Shown here: positions 28,087 through 40,337 of the stretch, piece after piece
Position numbering within the stretch: position 1 is the first letter of the stretch
How the letters are laid out: each line of letters opens with the position of its first letter
Origin: an uncultured Planctomycetaceae bacterium
GTDB taxonomy: Bacteria > Planctomycetota > Planctomycetia > Planctomycetales > Planctomycetaceae
NCBI GenBank assembly: GCA_963815195.1
Contig: CAWFGE010000020.1
Coordinates: 224,001 to 288,000, forward strand
Direction of reading: 5' to 3'
DNA length: 64,000 nucleotides
The notes under the pieces: model-generated
Told to the model about the DNA's origin: nothing
Seen by the model: only the letters and a program-made list of their open reading frames with translations
Database searches by the model: none
Program-made: the position numbers and the translations under genes

Positions 28087-29610
28087 TTATTGGATGACCA
28101 GGAAGCGGGAGCCGCCGCCGGAGTGCACGAGCACCAGGATGCCATCTTCCAGTTTGGAGTTTTCGATGGCTTTGCGGAACTCGTCGGGGGTGGCGACTTT
28201 TTCGTTTCCGACCTTTTCGATCACGTCGCCGGATTTCAGGCCGGCTTTGTCGGCGGGCGAGCCTTCTTCGACGTTCGCCACCACGACGCCTTGGACATCC
28301 TTGAGGTTCAGCTTGTTGCGAAGAGCCGGGGTCAACTCTTGGACGCCCAAGCCCAGTTCTTCATAGCGGTTTTGGGAACGGCCGCGCTCGGACGCCTTGG
28401 CGACCACATCGTCGGTCGGCATCTTTTCGATGGTCACGCTCAGGACTTCTTTTTCACCGTTCCTGAGAATTTCCAACTCGTAGGCTTTGCCGATGTCGAG
28501 TTTCTCGACCGCATCCTGGAGGGATTTGGGGCTGTGGACGTTGTGGCCGTCGAGCCTGAGGACCACGTCGCCGGGTTTCAGGCCGGCTTTCGCGGCGGGG
28601 GAATCCGCCAGGATTTGGGCCACCAAGGCCCCGTCATCGGCTTTGACGTTGAGCTTCTTCGCCAAGGGGCCGGCTAAGTCTTGGATCATCACGCCCAAGT
28701 AGCCGCGCTGGACTTCGCCTTTTTCGATGAGCTGGTGGGCGACCCATTTGGCCATGTTGATCGGGATCGCAAACCCGACGCCGTCGTTCCCGCCGCCCCG
28801 CGAGGAGATGGCGGTGTTGATGCCGATCACTTCGCCCCGCAGGTTCAAAAGCGGTCCGCCGCTGTTGCCGGGATTGATCGCGGCATCGGTCTGCAGGTAG
28901 TCTTCCCGCTGATTGATTCCGGGCACGCGGCCTTTGGCGCTGATGATGCCGGAGGTCACGGTCGTTTCCAGACCGAAGGGGCTGCCGATGGCGAGCACCC
29001 AATCGCCGACTTCCATCTTGCCGCTGTCGCCGAGGGGAATGGCTTTCAAGTCTTTGGGGGGAGTGATGCGGACAATTGCGACGTCCGCCCGCGGATCGGT
29101 TTTGACGTCGGTGGCGACAAATTCCCGCCCGTCGGTCAGGCGGACTTTGATTTCGTCGGCCCCATTGACGACGTGGCTGTTGGTCAAAATGATGCCGGAA
29201 TCGTCAATCACAAACCCCGACCCCATGCCGCGCTGCTTGGGAGCCTGCCTGGGAGCCTGCCCGGGAGCTTGGGGCGTGCTGAATTCGCGCTGATCGAAGA
29301 ACCGCTTGAGCTGCGGATCGTTTTCGAAGAACTTCTTGAAAGGGGAATCGTCGCCATAGGGCAAGTTGGCTTGCTCGATGACTTTTCCGTTGGTAACGGT
29401 CTCGATGGACACAATGCTCGGACTGGCGATTTTCGCGACGGCGCGGAACGACATCGACAGAGCCTGCGCTTCTTTGATGCCGGGAGTGTCGGCGGGAATC
29501 GGGGCGGAATCGTGTTGATGATTCTGAGCGAGGCCCGCGGCGACGCCCACCAATGTCACCGAGGCCACCATAGCAAACAACCAGCTGCGATGGGCAGATA
29601 AAGCTTTCAT
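28087..29610 (-). CDS. degP: HtrA/DegP (Do) serine endopeptidase with two PDZ domains
   Basis: GSGFVI, LTNSHVV, QTDAAINPGNSGG and two PDZ repeats. Confidence 0.92.
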   Translation of the reverse strand: MKALSAHRSWLFAMVASVTLVGVAAGLAQNHQHDSAPIPADTPGIKEAQALSMSFRAVAKIASPSIVSIETVTNGKVIEQANLPYGDDSPFKKFFENDPQLKRFFDQREFSTPQAPGQAPRQAPKQRGMGSGFVIDDSGIILTNSHVVNGADEIKVRLTDGREFVATDVKTDPRADVAIVRITPPKDLKAIPLGDSGKMEVGDWVLAIGSPFGLETTVTSGIISAKGRVPGINQREDYLQTDAAINPGNSGGPLLNLRGEVIGINTAISSRGGGNDGVGFAIPINMAKWVAHQLIEKGEVQRGYLGVMIQDLAGPLAKKLNVKADDGALVAQILADSPAAKAGLKPGDVVLRLDGHNVHSPKSLQDAVEKLDIGKAYELEILRNGEKEVLSVTIEKMPTDDVVAKASERGRSQNRYEELGLGVQELTPALRNKLNLKDVQGVVVANVEEGSPADKAGLKSGDVIEKVGNEKVATPDEFRKAIENSKLEDGILVLVHSGGGSRFLVIQ

Positions 29611-29771
29611 AAGCGGATCTCCATTAATTCAAAAATTTTCAAATGTCCGCATGGTGGGGGATGACAATCGTCCGAAAGTGCCCCTCATGCAGCAGTGCAA
29701 ACGTGGGTGACCATGCTGTTTTCCGGAAAAAACCGATCCCGCCTGAAGGTCGCAGCCGGGGCGGAGTTTTC

Positions 29772-30620
29772 TCAAAATTCGGAAGACGTCTTACCCCTTA
29801 CTACGCAGTCGCCGCGGGGCGCGTTGGAATCGGCCGGAATTTTTTCGGGAATGTGGCAAAAACCGGGACGCGCGGCCGGTTTCCCGACCGGTCCTATGGC
29901 TTGCGCCAGCAGTTCGACGGCTTCGGCGACCCAGCCGCTGTGCCAATCGTGTTTGCGCTGGGGCCCGTCGCGGTATTCGTGCGGAATTTGGAGTTCCTCA
30001 AGCAGAGCATGGGCCTCTTGGTGATCCGCGCGGAAGCCGCCGTAGCCGGCGAGGATCAATCGTGTTTTCTGACCGATTTTTGAAGCCTTGAGCAATTCCG
30101 CCACGCGGTATGTTTCGAACTGGGCCTGGGTGCCGAAGATGGGTTCCGTGCCGTATTTGCCGAGCCGGTCCATCATCATGGGGGCGTCCCACGCCGCCGC
30201 CCCGCCAAAGGTTTCGGGATGCCGAAGCAGCAAACTCCACGCCCCCCAACCGGACTTGCTGAACCCCAACAACCACCGGGCTTCCGGCGTCGGCTCGGCG
30301 GGATAGGTTCTCTCCACCCAAGGCACGACCACATTCACAAAGTAAGTTTCCTGGCGGATCGCGGCGTTCGCGGGATGATCCGCATACCAGGGCAGATCGG
30401 CGAACGTGGGAGCCACGAAGATCACATCGTGTGTGTTCGCCAAATCCTGCTTCTGCACTTCCAACAGCCCATCCCCATAACGATCGCCCCGCCCCGCTTC
30501 GACCGGCAGCACATACACCACCGGATACCGCTTCGCCTCGGCGATTTCCGTCGGCAGGAGCACGCGGATTTCCGTCGGGCCACTTTGATAGGGCGATTGG
30601 ATTTGTGGACCAGAACCCCA
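29772..30620 (-). CDS. Putative esterase (alpha/beta hydrolase), possibly the C-terminal part of a fusion with the upstream methyltransferase
   Basis: SPYQSGPTEIRVLLP, YPVVYVLP, GFSKSGWG and HDWHSGW; no clean start codon. Confidence 0.7.
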   Translation of the reverse strand, partial: WGSGPQIQSPYQSGPTEIRVLLPTEIAEAKRYPVVYVLPVEAGRGDRYGDGLLEVQKQDLANTHDVIFVAPTFADLPWYADHPANAAIRQETYFVNVVVPWVERTYPAEPTPEARWLLGFSKSGWGAWSLLLRHPETFGGAAAWDAPMMMDRLGKYGTEPIFGTQAQFETYRVAELLKASKIGQKTRLILAGYGGFRADHQEAHALLEELQIPHEYRDGPQRKHDWHSGWVAEAVELLAQAIGPVGKPAARPGFCHIPEKIPADSNAPRGDCVVRGKTSSEF

Positions 30621-30639
30621 TCCGACCGCGGACTGCTTG

Positions 30640-31329
30640 GGAAACTTTCGCGTCTTCGACTTTCTCAAACCGCACGAAGTAGGATTCGTCGAGCAGGTCT
30701 TTCTTCTCTTCGATTTGCCGAAAACCAGCCGCGATGATTTCCTTCGTAAACACCTCCTGCCCGGCGCGGACGTGCTTCATCATGCGTTCGGAGGTCTTTC
30801 CCGGGATCCGCTGGTAATCGACCAGCACGACCTGGCCGCCGGGCTTTAAGGCCCGATGAATCGACCGCATGGTTTTTTCGGGATACTCAAAGTGATGGTA
30901 CGTGTCGCAGATGTAGGCGAGATCGATGGACTGGGGCGGGAGCTTGGCGGAATCCTGACTGCACACGACGCCCTGGATGTTCTTGATCCCGTCCGCTTGG
31001 GCCTCCTGCTCGATGTGCTTGACGAACTTTTCGGAAATATCGACGGCGTAAACCTGCCCCTTGGGGCCCACGGCTTTGGCAAACACCCGCGTGAAGAGGC
31101 CGGTGCCCGCGCCGATGTCCGCCACGCTCATCCCCGGCCGGATTTTGCAGGCCTTGAGGATCTCCTCGCGGTGGTCGTAAGCATCCCGGCCCTCCCGCTC
31201 AAACCGGCCGACGAAGTCGCTGACGTTCGGGTTCTGGAAGGATTCGTTGATCCCCGGGTTCACGCTCTTTTGCTGAGCCGACACAGGCCCCGCGACCAAA
31301 AGGAGGGCGAGAACAATCCAATTCTTCAT
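30640..31329 (-). CDS. Secreted class I SAM-dependent methyltransferase
   Basis: Signal peptide; VADIGAGTG, YAVDIS, DTYHHFE and ALKPGG; the ORF-track tail past ~30640 looks out of frame. Confidence 0.8.
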
Positions 31330-31523
31330 GGTGAAACTCCGTGAAAACACAAACCGAAAACCTCACACCAAGGCGCGAAAGCGCAAACGATGGCCAGCAA
31401 CATTTTATCCTTCCGTGCGCGGCGCAACACGGTTCCCGCATTTTCCTCGCTCGGTTTGAAGGAAATCACCGGTCGCTGATTCGTCTTCGCGCCTTGGCGT
31501 GAGGTTTATCGAAGGAGGCTTCT

Positions 31524-31634
31524 TTGAATGAGGCAAAGGCTCCGAGCACTGTGGAATCCTTGTACCGGGAGGCCACGCGGGCGGCTTTGTTGGGGCTGGT
31601 CGTCAATTTGGCCTTGGGCATCATCAAACTCGCG
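31524..31634 (+). pseudogene. N-terminal fragment of a cation diffusion facilitator-like transporter
   Basis: YREATRAALLGLVVNLALGIIKL resembles CDF TM1; it runs head-on into the MATE 3' end. Confidence 0.4.
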
Positions 31635-33020
31635 TGGCGAGCCAGCGGCCGCGGCGATAGCGAACGGTCACCAGCGTCGCCCGGAGGAGAATATCCACGC
31701 CCATGCCGACCCAGGCTCCGATCAAGCCGCCGTCGAGGACGATGCCGCACAGATAGGCCAAAGGGACGCGGACGAAAATCACGCCGATGATCGAAAACAG
31801 CAAGGGATACCGGGTATCCCCGCGCCGCGCAGGGCGAAGACATACACAATGGAAATCACCAAAGGCACTTCAAAAAACGCCAGGAACCGGAGGGCCGGGA
31901 TGCCGACTTCGCAGACCATCGGGTCTTCGTGCATGAACGTGTAAATGCCGCCCGCTCCGAAAAAGAACACGAGCGCAATCACCCCGCCCAACAGGCCGCA
32001 TTGCCAGGTGGCTTCGTTGCCCGCTTGGAGTGCGCGGTCTTTGTTGTCGGCTCCCAGGGATTGGCCGACCATCGTGCCGGCGGCGAGGCCCCAGGCGACG
32101 GCGGGCAGATACGTGATCGCTTCGACCATCACCCCGATGCCGTGGGCGGCGAAGACCGCCTCGCCGCGCTCGCCGCTCGCCAGGCGGGAAATCACCATGA
32201 GAAACAAAAAATGCCCGCCCCAGGTCACCATCCCTTCCAAGGCGGCCGGCCCGCCGATCTGCAAAATTCGCCTGACAGTTTGCCCGCGCAACCGCCATTG
32301 GCTGAGGACGATTCGAAGTCCATTGAGGCCCCGGTGCAAGACGAGCAGCATCAACAGGCCGCCGCCGCAGCGGGCAATGAGCGTGCCATACACGATCCCG
32401 CGAACGCCGATCGCCGGGATCGGCCCCGCGCCGAACACCAACGCGACCGAGAAAGCGATATTCAAAAGGTTGACGACGCCGAACACGAGCATCGGCGATC
32501 GCATATCCCCCGCGCCGCGCAAGGCGGCCGCCCCCACGAGGCTGATGCTCGTGAAGATATTGCCCACGCCGTCCACGCGGACATAGTGCACCGCGATCGC
32601 GGCGGCTTCCTCATTCAAGTTCAGAAGACGGGCGACGACCGGGGCCGCGAAAAAAATCATCCCGCAATACGCACAGCCCACGCACGCCGCCAAGGTGAGC
32701 GAGCGGTTCATCACGCGGTTGGCGAGGACGAAGTCCCCCGCGCCCCAGGCCCGCGCCACAATCGCCGTGGTCCCGGTCCCCACCAACCCAAAAATCAACG
32801 ACGCCAGCCAGCCGACGTAGCCCGCCACGACAATCGCGGACGTGGCCTCTTTGCTGAGCCGCCCGGACAACCACAGGTCCGTGAGGTCCACGCAGTAGGT
32901 CAAGATCTGCTCGCAAAGCACAGGCAATGCGAGAAAGAAAATCGCGGAGCGCAACGGCCCCGCCAAAATGGAGGACCGGGAAGCCGCCACGGGATCCGAA
33001 GGCGAGTTGTCAACGGCCAT
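31624..33020 (-). CDS. MATE family efflux transporter (frameshifts near 31820 and 31685)
   Basis: LALPVLCEQ, ALRGAGDMRSP; C-terminus AGDTRYP...GAWVGMG...RGRWLATRV* recovered in shifted frames. Confidence 0.85.
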
Positions 33021-33072
33021 CGGAAACGAGCACTCCCTTGTCACGCCGCTGAGCTATGTCAGCTTGACGGTT

Positions 33073-33239
33073 GGAAATTCGAAGCACGAAATCCGAAATC
33101 CGAAACGAATTCAAAATCTCAATGGCAAAAACAGAGATCATCCCAATCGTTAAAACGCGTTCCATTTCTGGAGTTTGGACGTTGGGATTTCGAGCATTCG
33201 GATTTGTTTCGGATTTCGACATTCGGATTTCGGATTTCC
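33073..33239. repeat. Intergenic inverted element built from heptamer-like AATCCGA/TCGGATT units
   Basis: GAAATTCGAAGCACGAAATCCGAAATCCGAAAC...TTTCGGATTTCGACATTCGGATTTCGGATTTCC. Confidence 0.6.
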
Positions 33240-33264
33240 AATCAAGGCGGCACACGGTCATCGG

Positions 33265-34634
33265 TCAATCGACCAGCCGGTCCGCCCGCAACAGGTCGAT
33301 GGCGTTTTCGAAGGCGGACACGGTGTGGTCGAGGTCGGCGTCGGTGTGGGCGGCACTGGTCATCGCGCCCCAGCCCATCCAATCCACTCCGCCGACTAAT
33401 ACGCGCAACGCAAGGCGTTGTTCAACTGCGAATCGAAGTTGCGGTCCAACCGGGCGAAGTCGTTGTTATAGGGGCGGAAGTCGCCGCCGGCGGCGGGCGG
33501 GCCGTCGTATTCGGGCAGGATCTTGGTGAGGGAATCCACGCCGTACGCCGCCCAGCCCAGGCTCTTTCGCTGGAAGAGTTCGTTGAGGGCGGACCGCAAC
33601 TTCACCGCGGCGGCGGTCGCTTTTTCGCAGGGTTCGCCGGTCGCGACGATCTCCAAGGCCGACGATCCCGCCACCGCGGAAAGCGGGTTGGCGTTGTAGG
33701 TGCCGGGGTGCTTCATTTTTTTGCCGAAGGGGTTGTCGAAGGCGATCGCCTGCATGAGATCGGCCCGACCGGTCACGCAGCCGCCCGGCAGTCCGCCCGC
33801 GAGGACTTTCGCGAGCGTGGTCAGATCCGGCGTGATCCCCCGTTGCGCTTGCACGCCGCCCGGATGCACGCGAAAACCGCTGATGACTTCATCCAAAATG
33901 AAGATCACATTCTTCCGCGAGGCGAGTTCGTGAAGGCCTTTGAGAAAACCGTCCTCCAAAGGCACGACGCCCCAGCGCCCGCCGGTGGCTTCCACGATGA
34001 TGCACGCGGGATCGTGCGCATCGACCGCGTGGGCGACGGCGTCCAGATTGTTGGGGGGGACGACGACCAGATCGCCCATCACGCTGTCGGTGACGCCGGG
34101 CGTTTCGTACCGGCCGGACGGATCGTGCGGAGGGCTTGCTCCGGGGATGAGCTGATCGTGCCAGCCGTGAAAATGCCCCGCGAACTTGAGGACCTTCGAC
34201 TTCCCGCTGACCAACCGGGCGATGCGGAGGGCCATCAGTGTCGCTTCGGTGCCGCTGCTCGTGAACCGCACCAACTCGGCGGACGGCACGAGCTTTTGGA
34301 CCCATTCGCCCCAGACCAACTCGGCTTCGTGGCAGGCTCCGTAATGCGTGCCCCGGGTGATCTGCCGATTCACCGCTTCGATCAAAGCAGGATGGCTGTG
34401 CCCCAACAAGAGGGCCCCGTGGCCCATCCAATAATCGATGAGTTCCTTCCCCTCGACCGTCGTTTTCCGCGATCCCTTCGCCCGCTCCACATAGACCGGG
34501 AAGGGCGACAGAAACCGTTGGTCGTGCGTCACGCCGCTGGGAAAAATCCTCCGCCCGCGCTCCGCCAACTCCGCCGAGCGCGGGAAGGTTTCGCGGTACA
34601 GGGATTCCGTCGTGAGTTCAGTCACCTGCGACAT
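33265..34634 (-). CDS. Class III PLP aminotransferase (HemL-like), frameshift ~33400
   Basis: LIDYWMGHGALLLGH, RFTSSGTEA, ILDEVISGFR, AKVLAGGLP and HPGTYNANP; C-terminus SAAHTDADLDHTV in a shifted frame. Confidence 0.85.
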
Positions 34635-35121
34635 AGTCGTGTTCCACACCTAAGGAGGAAAAGGAGGGCTACGAACTTCAGTACTTCCAAAAAAGCTCAG
34701 GAAATTGGTTTCGTTTTCAAGAGCCGCGCACGACGTAAGCGGTTTTCAGGGACTCAGACAACGCAAGGACCGCTTACTTCGTGCGCGGCTCGGGCATTTT
34801 TGGAACGACCGAACTTTCCTGTTTTTCGATCGGCGATTGAAAGCACAGAATCATGGGGCACAAAATCATGTTTTGCAATCGTGGCGGCGGCTCGCTTTCA
34901 GACGCCCGCCTTCCCATGATTCTCTGCCCTTGCTTTTGTACTCTAACCCCCATCGCCCCGGCGAACAATCCTGCCGCTCCGCTTCGGCGGCCTGCGAAAA
35001 CTTTTCCGCCCGCCTCTATTCCGATTTCCGCCGGGGTTGCCTAGACTGGCGGTTTGCCCCTCCGGGACCGTGGCCGGCTGGGATTGTTGTCACGCTTCAA
35101 AGTCGAAATCGAAACAGACGA

Positions 35122-36549
35122 ATGCCCAAGGACTTTCTGAAAGGCACCCAGGACCAATACGACGTCATCGTGATTGGAAGCGGCCTCGCCGGGCTCACCT
35201 CGGCCAATCTCCTCGCCCGCGCGGGGTATTCCGTGTTGCTGTTGGAGCATCATTACCAACTCGGCGGCATGGCCACCTGGTTCAAACGCAAGGGCGGGCA
35301 TATCTTCGATATTTCGCTGCACGGCTTTCCCTACGGCATGGTCAAAAGCTGCCGAAAGTATTGGACGCCGGAAATCGCCGACTCCATCGTGCAGCTCAAG
35401 GGCATCCGCTTCGAGAACCCGCAGTTCTCGCTCCGCACGACCTTCGACCGCCAGGACTTCACGCGGATCATCACCGAGAAATTCCGCATCCCGCACGAAA
35501 CCGTCGACCGGTTCTTCACCATCGCGCGGAACATGAATTTCTTCGACGACCAGGCCAAAACCACCCGCGAGCTGTTCGAGGAATTCTTCCCCGGCCGCGA
35601 TGACGTCGTCCGATTGTTGATGGAACCCATCACCTACGCCAACGGCTCCACGCTCGAAGATCCCGCGCTGACTTATGGAATCGTGTTTTCGAACTTCATG
35701 CACAAAGGCGTATTCACGTTCGAGGGCGGCACCGACAAACTGGTGACCGAGATGCGGGCGGAACTCGAAAACAACGGCGTCGATATCCGCATTCGCGCGC
35801 TCGTGGAAAAGATCGAAGTCTCCCCCGACCGCCGGGTGACGGGCGTGGTCGTCAACGGCAAGCGGATCGGCTGCCGGGCCCTGGTGTCCAACGCCAACAT
35901 CAAATCCACGATTCTCAAACTCGTCGGCCCGGAGCATTTCGATCGCGACTTTGTGGAAGAAGCCCGGGCCGTGCGATTGAACAACAGCAGCTGCCAGGTT
36001 TACATGGCTCTCAAGCCCGGCGAAGGGTTTGACGATCTGGGCGATTTGCTGTTTCATTCGGAGCATCGCGGATTTGATATTGATGCGATGCTCAGCCGAC
36101 ATGTCAGCAGCCGGACGTTCTCGTTTTATTACCCCAAGACCCGGCCGGGCAGCGACCGCTGGCTGATTGTTTCCTCAACCAACGCCAACTACCGCGACTG
36201 GGCCGAGTTGTCCGAAGAGGATTATCAGGCCTCCAAGGGCGATCTCAACGAAACCACGCTGGATTGTTTGGAACAGTACATCCCCAATATCCGCGAAAAA
36301 ATTGACCACATCGAAGCCTCCACGCCTCGGACTTTCGAGCATTACACCCGGCATCTCGAAGGGGCGTCGTTCGGCACGAAGTTTGAAGGCCTCAAAGTCA
36401 GCAAGACCCTGCCGGAGCAAATCGCCGGGCTGTATCACGCGGGCTCGGTGGGGATCATCATGTCCGGCTGGCTGGGCGCGGTGAACTACGGAGTCATCGT
36501 CGCGAACGACGTCGACAAGCTCCTCACCCCCGCGCCGGCGAGCGTTTGA
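35122..36549 (+). CDS. Phytoene desaturase-like NAD(P)/FAD oxidoreductase
   Basis: [32 protein letters not shown] and GLYHAG. Confidence 0.85.
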   Translation: MPKDFLKGTQDQYDVIVIGSGLAGLTSANLLARAGYSVLLLEHHYQLGGMATWFKRKGGHIFDISLHGFPYGMVKSCRKYWTPEIADSIVQLKGIRFENPQFSLRTTFDRQDFTRIITEKFRIPHETVDRFFTIARNMNFFDDQAKTTRELFEEFFPGRDDVVRLLMEPITYANGSTLEDPALTYGIVFSNFMHKGVFTFEGGTDKLVTEMRAELENNGVDIRIRALVEKIEVSPDRRVTGVVVNGKRIGCRALVSNANIKSTILKLVGPEHFDRDFVEEARAVRLNNSSCQVYMALKPGEGFDDLGDLLFHSEHRGFDIDAMLSRHVSSRTFSFYYPKTRPGSDRWLIVSSTNANYRDWAELSEEDYQASKGDLNETTLDCLEQYIPNIREKIDHIEASTPRTFEHYTRHLEGASFGTKFEGLKVSKTLPEQIAGLYHAGSVGIIMSGWLGAVNYGVIVANDVDKLLTPAPASV

Positions 36550-36592
36550 CATACCGCATTCTGCATGGCAGGCCGTTTTTCCCAGGCGGTCG

Positions 36593-36970
36593 TTAACCCC
36601 CTTCCACGGCGGATCGAAGCAAATCCGGAAGTTCGGTCGCGAACCGGCTGCGCGGCAGCACCCGGTCGCAACCCGCGGCCCGGGCTTCTTCCAGACGCGC
36701 CGTATTCACGTGCGGGCCAAAAGCGACCACCGCCGGTTTTGAGACGCCGGGCAAAAGTTCCATGATTTCGGACACGCTCGGCGAGGAAACATTCAAATCG
36801 ACGAGCACGATGCAAACCGACTTCTCGGCGAACGCCCGCAGTATGTCGGCCGGCTGGGTCGCCGGCAGGACGTCCATTCCCAAAGGGGCCGCCGCCGCTT
36901 GAATCTTTCCGGCAAACAGCAAATCGGGGCTGATGAAGAGCGCCGTTCGGGATTTGGTTTTCGCATTCAT
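36593..36970 (-). CDS. Receiver-like (CheY-fold) small protein
   Basis: DLLFAGKI...VLVDL...VVAFGPHV...ARAAGCDRVLPRSRF. Confidence 0.7.
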   Translation of the reverse strand: MNAKTKSRTALFISPDLLFAGKIQAAAAPLGMDVLPATQPADILRAFAEKSVCIVLVDLNVSSPSVSEIMELLPGVSKPAVVAFGPHVNTARLEEARAAGCDRVLPRSRFATELPDLLRSAVEGG

Positions 36971-37033
36971 GTGCCGCAACAATCTCCAATCGCCCGAGCG
37001 ATGCCGATCGCGGCATGCCGCCGCTACGGAAGT

Positions 37034-38296
37034 CTAGTTCTCAAACTGCTTGAAAAAGTCGCCCAATCCCTCATCATCGTTGGAGGCTCCGCTGTCCTCT
37101 TCGGCGACCTGATTTAAGAACGCGGCCACGTCGTCTTCGTCCATTTCCTCCTCGACCGTTTCTTCGATCCCCGAAAGCTCTGGTTCCTCTTCGATTTCTT
37201 CGACCTTTTCGAGTTCCGCCACTTCGAGTTCCGCCTCTTCGGGGGCCGGCGTTTGTGGGCTCTCTTCCCTGACGGGCTCGTCTTCGTCAAATTCCTCGTC
37301 GGCTTCGAACACCACATCCTCAGAGTCCTCGTTCTCGTCTTCCTCGAACACCACGTCCGCGGTTTCCATTGCAGGTTCTGCTTCAGTTTCGGATTCCGCA
37401 GCGCCGCCGGCTTGCTGATCTTCCCCGGACTCTTCTTCCAACTCCCGATCGACGACTTCCTCAACGGCGGCAACTTCGGATTCTTCCAATTCCAAGTCGA
37501 CAACTTCTTCGACTTCGTCAATTTCCGGTTCGTCAAACTCCAAACCGAAAACTTCGTCCTCTTGCTCAACCGCGGCTTCGGGTTCGTCCAAATCCAAATG
37601 GACGACTTCGTCGTCGGTGATCGCCGGTTCCTCGGCGGGTTCGGGTTCCGCGGCGGCGGAGGCCGGTTCGGACGCCTCGTCTTCCAGCGTGGCAGAATCG
37701 TCGTCCGCGATGATTTCCTCATCGGATTCGGCCGCGTCGGAGGAATCCAAATCGGCGGCCCAGACCATTTGAACGGTACCCGCCTCGCCGTCCGCCTGGG
37801 CCTCTGCGGGGGTTTCGTCCGCGGCTTCTTCCAGCTCAGCGTCCGCTTCGGCAAACTCCATTTCATCGTCGGGGGCCTCTTCCGACGTCGCGGTGTCGGC
37901 AAAGCCGAGGGCGGCGGTTTCGGCGAGGGCTTCGTGCTGGTGCGGCTTCAGATCGACCGTGGAACCCAGCCCGTCGGTTTGCATCGCCTTGGCCGCCGAC
38001 TCGGAAAACCGCACAAAAAACTTAATGCCGCCCAGTGACAATTCGCTGTCCGGAGCGATTTCGTAGTCGGTTTCCGGCTCCAGTTGATAGCCGTTGACGA
38101 ACGTCCCGTTGGAACTGCCCAGGTCGCGGACCGTCACGCCGTCTTCGCCGATGCAGATTTTGCAGTGCTGCCGGCTGACTTCATTCGAGGCGATTCGCAA
38201 CCCGCACTCGGTGCTCCGGCCGATGATGGTGTCGGACTTGAGCAACACTTTTTTCACTTTGGCTTTTTTGTGGGCCAGTTCCAGCCGAACGTTCAT
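37034..38296 (-). CDS. FHA-domain protein with a long acidic tail
   Basis: IIGRS...VSRQHC...DLGSSNGTFVNG followed by a Glu/Asp-rich low-complexity region. Confidence 0.88.
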   Translation of the reverse strand: MNVRLELAHKKAKVKKVLLKSDTIIGRSTECGLRIASNEVSRQHCKICIGEDGVTVRDLGSSNGTFVNGYQLEPETDYEIAPDSELSLGGIKFFVRFSESAAKAMQTDGLGSTVDLKPHQHEALAETAALGFADTATSEEAPDDEMEFAEADAELEEAADETPAEAQADGEAGTVQMVWAADLDSSDAAESDEEIIADDDSATLEDEASEPASAAAEPEPAEEPAITDDEVVHLDLDEPEAAVEQEDEVFGLEFDEPEIDEVEEVVDLELEESEVAAVEEVVDRELEEESGEDQQAGGAAESETEAEPAMETADVVFEEDENEDSEDVVFEADEEFDEDEPVREESPQTPAPEEAELEVAELEKVEEIEEEPELSGIEETVEEEMDEDDVAAFLNQVAEEDSGASNDDEGLGDFFKQFEN

Positions 38297-38437
38297 GGCG
38301 CAATATCATCATTAAGGCCGATCGGACGATCCCGCAGACAGAATTCAGTATAAACGCCGGCAGGGAAAAACCCCACCGAGCGGGGTGGGGGTTCGTTTTT
38401 TTCCCAAAGTTTGGTGGGCGGATTTGGGAAGAATACC

Positions 38438-38847
<410 letters not shown>

Positions 38848-38986
38848 GGTCATCCTCATTGTACGCCGGAGCGCAGGGGTTTTCTTCACAAAAAAACATG
38901 TTTCCTCGGTAATATTCCCGGTTCTCTGTCACTTTTGGGGATTCTTGTCGTCTGGGGCCTTTGCGGGATGCTCTCAAATGCCCGGA

Positions 38987-39018
38987 CATGCTCATAAAAA
39001 GCCATGAGCATGCCACCC
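38987..39018. repeat. Single REP arm of the GGGTGGCATGCTCATG family
   Basis: CATGCTCATAAAAAGCCATGAGCATGCCACCC, near-identical to 63845-63877. Confidence 0.7.
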
Positions 39019-39109
39019 TCGACTCACCACAAAACCTTGTGCCTGCCCTGGTGGCCGGGCTGTTGAGCGATGTTTTGATGGTCGCAGCGGAACGGGCGGA
39101 CGGCGCGAA

Positions 39110-40067
<958 letters not shown>

Positions 40068-40132
40068 GAAGCCGCCCGCAAGCTGGTGAGGAAAAACGCC
40101 GATGCGAAGAAGAGATTTCCTAAAAAACAAAT

Positions 40133-40188
40133 CAGCCCGAAACGCAAGCGAGGGAATGAGTGTCTCCCTCGCTTGCGCTTCGGGCTAA
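40133..40188. repeat. REP-like inverted repeat (AGCCCGAAACGCAAGCGAGGG family)
   Basis: AGCCCGAAACGCAAGCGAGGGA...TCCCTCGCTTGCGCTTCGGGCT; partial copy near 48450. Confidence 0.65.
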
Positions 40189-40337
40189 TGAAAATTACCA
40201 AAATGGACCACGAGCCGTCTATTGCATTGGGATCATCCGGAACGCGCTTGCGTCCGGTTCGCTCGGCGAAAGCCAGGGCGGACCACCCCCCCCTGCGGTT
40301 AATTTTTTCGACCCGAAATTCATGCTCTGACGGAGCA

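Noticed and set aside
29239..29270. 12-bp tandem repeat in degP (QAPG/QAPR/QAPK)
   Set aside because: Ordinary in-frame linker repeat.
31929..34919. 996-aa plus-strand ORF
   Set aside because: Antisense shadow of the MATE and aminotransferase genes in high-GC DNA; no motifs.
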